This document shows positions 10,076-12,237 of a stretch of 12,237 bases of DNA, piece after piece (position 1 is the first letter of the stretch; the number at the start of each line of letters is the position of its first letter). The notes under the pieces are model-generated. The model saw only the letters and a list, made by a program, of their open reading frames with translations, had not been told where the DNA came from and did not search any database. Source of the DNA: Azolla caroliniana (Eukaryota > Plantae > Polypodiophyta). The stretch covers positions 1-12,237 of the forward strand of contig JBHGNT010001084.1 of assembly GCA_043228905.1 (NCBI GenBank), in the 5' to 3' direction. Made by a program: the position numbers and the translations under genes.

Positions 10076-10141
10076 ATAAAAGAAGAGAGGTTTGTGTGCT
10101 CTTTGGCAAAAAAATCAGGCTGAGGATATGGATACCTCACT

Positions 10142-10153
10142 ACTTTGATACCA
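10142..10153 (-). promoter_or_regulatory. Degenerate tRNA-Met PBS of element D
   Basis: Minus strand TGGTATCAAAGT versus canonical TGGTATCAGAGC (2 transitions). Confidence 0.85.
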
Positions 10154-10155
10154 TG

Positions 10156-10597
10156 TGAGCAAAGCTGTTAATAGCAGCAGCGGAAGAGTTAGAACAAAAT
10201 AGACACAGCCAAGCTGTGAGAAGGCTGTTAGACAGCAGTAGAAAAAATGGTTGCAAAGAGTAGAGACACAGCCAAAGAGTTGTGCTTGTTTCTAAGTAGC
10301 AGCAGAAAATAATCTTCTTACAAAAGAGGCTGGTATAAGCCTATTTATACAAAATTGGGAATGGTTGTTTGGTAGTTAAGAGACTCTTGTACTACCAAAC
10401 AGGTACAATAAACTAGGAATAAAAAGGGAATATCTTGCAAAAAGGGGAAGAGACAAAAGGCATTTAAAGCATTGCAGATTCTAGAGAGAGAAGGCATTTA
10501 AAGAGTTGCAAATTCTAGAGAGAGAAGAATCTGGGAAGAGAGAGAATGTAGTACAGAGATAATAAAGATGAAAGAGAGTGCAGGTCTGGACCCAACA
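10156..10597 (-). repeat. 5' LTR of element D (442 bp)
   Basis: Minus strand TGTTGGG...GCTCA, followed after 2 nt by the PBS. TATA at 10342-10349. Confidence 0.95.
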
Positions 10598-10604
10598 GGC
10601 AGAT

Positions 10605-10809
10605 CCATGTTCTTTCATTATCCAATTTAATGATATTAGATTGGATCACTCTATTCTTTTCCATTTTGGACATGTTCAGATGTGGGCAATCCAACCTCCT
10701 ATTAGAATGGGGTTCATCGGTGTGAGGCCCATGTTCTTTCATTAAAGATATCAGTTTGGATCACTCTATTATTTTCTACTTTGGTCATGTTCAAGTGTGA
10801 ACAATCCAA
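10605..10809. repeat. Old imperfect tandem duplication (period ~124 bp) in the flanking DNA
   Basis: ccatgttctttcatta...gatattagattggatcactctatt...catgttc...caatccaa at 10605-10694, repeated with divergence at 10729-10809. Confidence 0.85.
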
Positions 10810-10819
10810 GCTATATTTA

Positions 10820-11580
10820 TGCCACGGGATTGGAACTGTTCTTGGATTTTAGCACACCCAGATTTTTTGATAAATAAGTGCCAATCATAATAATTGATGC
10901 TTTGAGAGTTTCCAAATCCATGACAGACTAATCACTAATCAAAATAGTGCAGCCACTATTGAGGCTGCTCCAATCTTTGCCCAGATTCATGGAGCAATTG
11001 TCAAGATTAATGATCTCTCTACATCTATCCAATCATGTACTATATCAAGGTTTGGTTCCCCAGTTTCTACTCCATAGAGAAGGGCCAATATTACAAGTGT
11101 CTTAACCACAATTTAATTTGTGGTTCTTGGAACTGTATATGTAGTATGTACACATTGTCTCTCAAGGGCAGAAGAAAGAGAGTAACAAAGGCCCTAGGAA
11201 TGTTACTCCTAGGTATGTGTAGAATTGTGTGTATGCCACCTTTTCCACTCCCAAGAAGAATTCTAATTCTGATCCCATAACATTCTTGAGTGGTGTTAAC
11301 CATCAGCATTTTAGTTTTATCAAGGGTTATCAACAAATGTTTTTCAATAAAAAAGAGGTTAAAGCATCTAGATGTCATTGTTGTCTTTTTGGTGAGTCAA
11401 CGATTAACACTATCAGCATATAATAATATTGCTCTGGTTTTCCCATCAAGCATGCTCCTGAACCACCCAATCTCTCTACATAATTAAATGCCTCATCTAA
11501 TATTAAGACTGAAGACAATGAAGAATTGTGGGCATCCTGGTTTCAATCCAATCATGCTCGCAATGACCTCCAACAACCCA
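10820..11580 (+). pseudogene. Possible highly degenerate LINE-like coding remnant
   Basis: Only weak motif impressions in broken frames (GIGTVLG, YIKVWF..YKCL, GSWNC, DPITFLS, IVVFLV), loosely resembling LINE ORF1 or AP-endonuclease. No clean ORF. Confidence 0.22.
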
Positions 11581-12237
11581 TGACAAGCATGCACTTTTCC
11601 TGATACAGATTCATATAATGTATGAAGCACCTTCTCTGCCGTGGATGATGCTTACCTCCCAAGATTAAAGGTGTGCCACCGCAGATTCTAAATCTCCTCT
11701 CCCTGAATCATCGCCCTCAACTACCTTTTGTTTCTTCCTTTCCCTTTTCGTCCAAGCTCCATAAAGGTATAAACGGGCGGCTTATGCAGACGAAAGGGTA
11801 GAGCCTGGCAAATGCTCTCAGTGCATCTAGTATTGAAGCCCCCTTCTAGTTCATAGGCATATGATAGTTTTGTTGTTTCAGATAGCAATATACGCTACTA
11901 GTGTTTTGGTTAGAGTTTTGATACAGTTAATGTATGCTTCATATTTGAGTTACTATATGATATCTGCAAGCTCTGTGCTAGCTTGAGTGATTTGTGTGAG
12001 TTCGGAATCTGTTGTAGCTTGAGCATCATATTGCTAATCAGATCTATCGTTCGTGTATGTTTACCCTTACAAATTAATCTATTGGATTTGCCTTTTATAC
12101 CACGTTCCTTCCTTTACCTATTCTTTCACCTCTGCATATTCATTCATAAATAGTAGATACATCTATTTGTGTGTATACATACTTGTCTATTGATCACTTG
12201 TGTGTCTTCATGCTCGTAATGACCTCCAACAACCCAT
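11552..12237. repeat. 30-bp direct repeat (11552-11581 and 12208-12237, one mismatch)
   Basis: tcatgctcgcaatgacctccaacaacccat / tcatgctcgtaatgacctccaacaacccat. The second copy runs to the window end. Confidence 0.92.
11581..12210 (+). mobile_element. LTR-like unit E (~630 bp), probable solo LTR
   Basis: Begins TGA and ends TCA. No ORF. TATAAA at 11768-11773 is bracketed by the inverted repeat CCCTTTTCGTC (11742-11752) / GACGAAAGGG (11789-11798). A T/GT-rich U5-like second half follows. Flanked by 26-bp direct repeats. Confidence 0.55.

Larger units (their letters stand above)
6210..10597 (-). mobile_element. Ty1/copia LTR retrotransposon D, both LTRs present, internally deleted and non-autonomous
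   Basis: Direct LTRs at 6210-6644 and 10156-10597. GGCAG TSD at 6205-6209 and 10598-10602. PBS at 10142-10153. gag-PR-IN-RT order on the minus strand. Confidence 0.97.

Noticed and set aside
11700-11830. Hammerhead ribozyme or retrozyme in unit E (GACGAAA motif)
   Set aside because: There is no CTGATGA core in the required position on either strand. GACGAAAGGG is explained as one arm of the inverted repeat around the TATA box.

Overview
This is eukaryotic, plant-like DNA made almost entirely of nested, decayed retroelements. I found no intact host gene, RNA gene or CRISPR array. (A) 1-~4189 (+): a Ty1/copia element cut by the window edge, with a disabled gag-PR-IN-RT-RH region, a PPT and the start of its 3' LTR. 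(B) 2280-2753 (-): a 474-bp solo LTR inserted into the RT of A, with a perfect ACTAC target-site duplication (TSD). (C) 5405-5785 (-): an orphan 5' LTR with a tRNA-Met PBS, preceded by non-coding, probably LTR-derived sequence (4190-5404). (D) 6210-10597 (-): a young Ty1/copia insertion with a GGCAG TSD and LTRs differing at 3 of 435 bp. Its coding region is heavily frameshifted, and its RT C-terminus, RNase H, PPT and 7 bp of the 3' LTR are replaced by about 91 bp of foreign, GC-richer DNA. (E) 11581-12210 (+): an LTR-like TG..CA unit flanked by an unusual 26-bp direct repeat rather than a 5-bp TSD. The background (5786-6209 and 10603-11580) may be a very old LINE-like remnant. I cannot support a wholly new biological system here. 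The most noteworthy items are the long-duplication insertion E, the filler DNA in D, and the mismatch between LTR age and coding decay in D.
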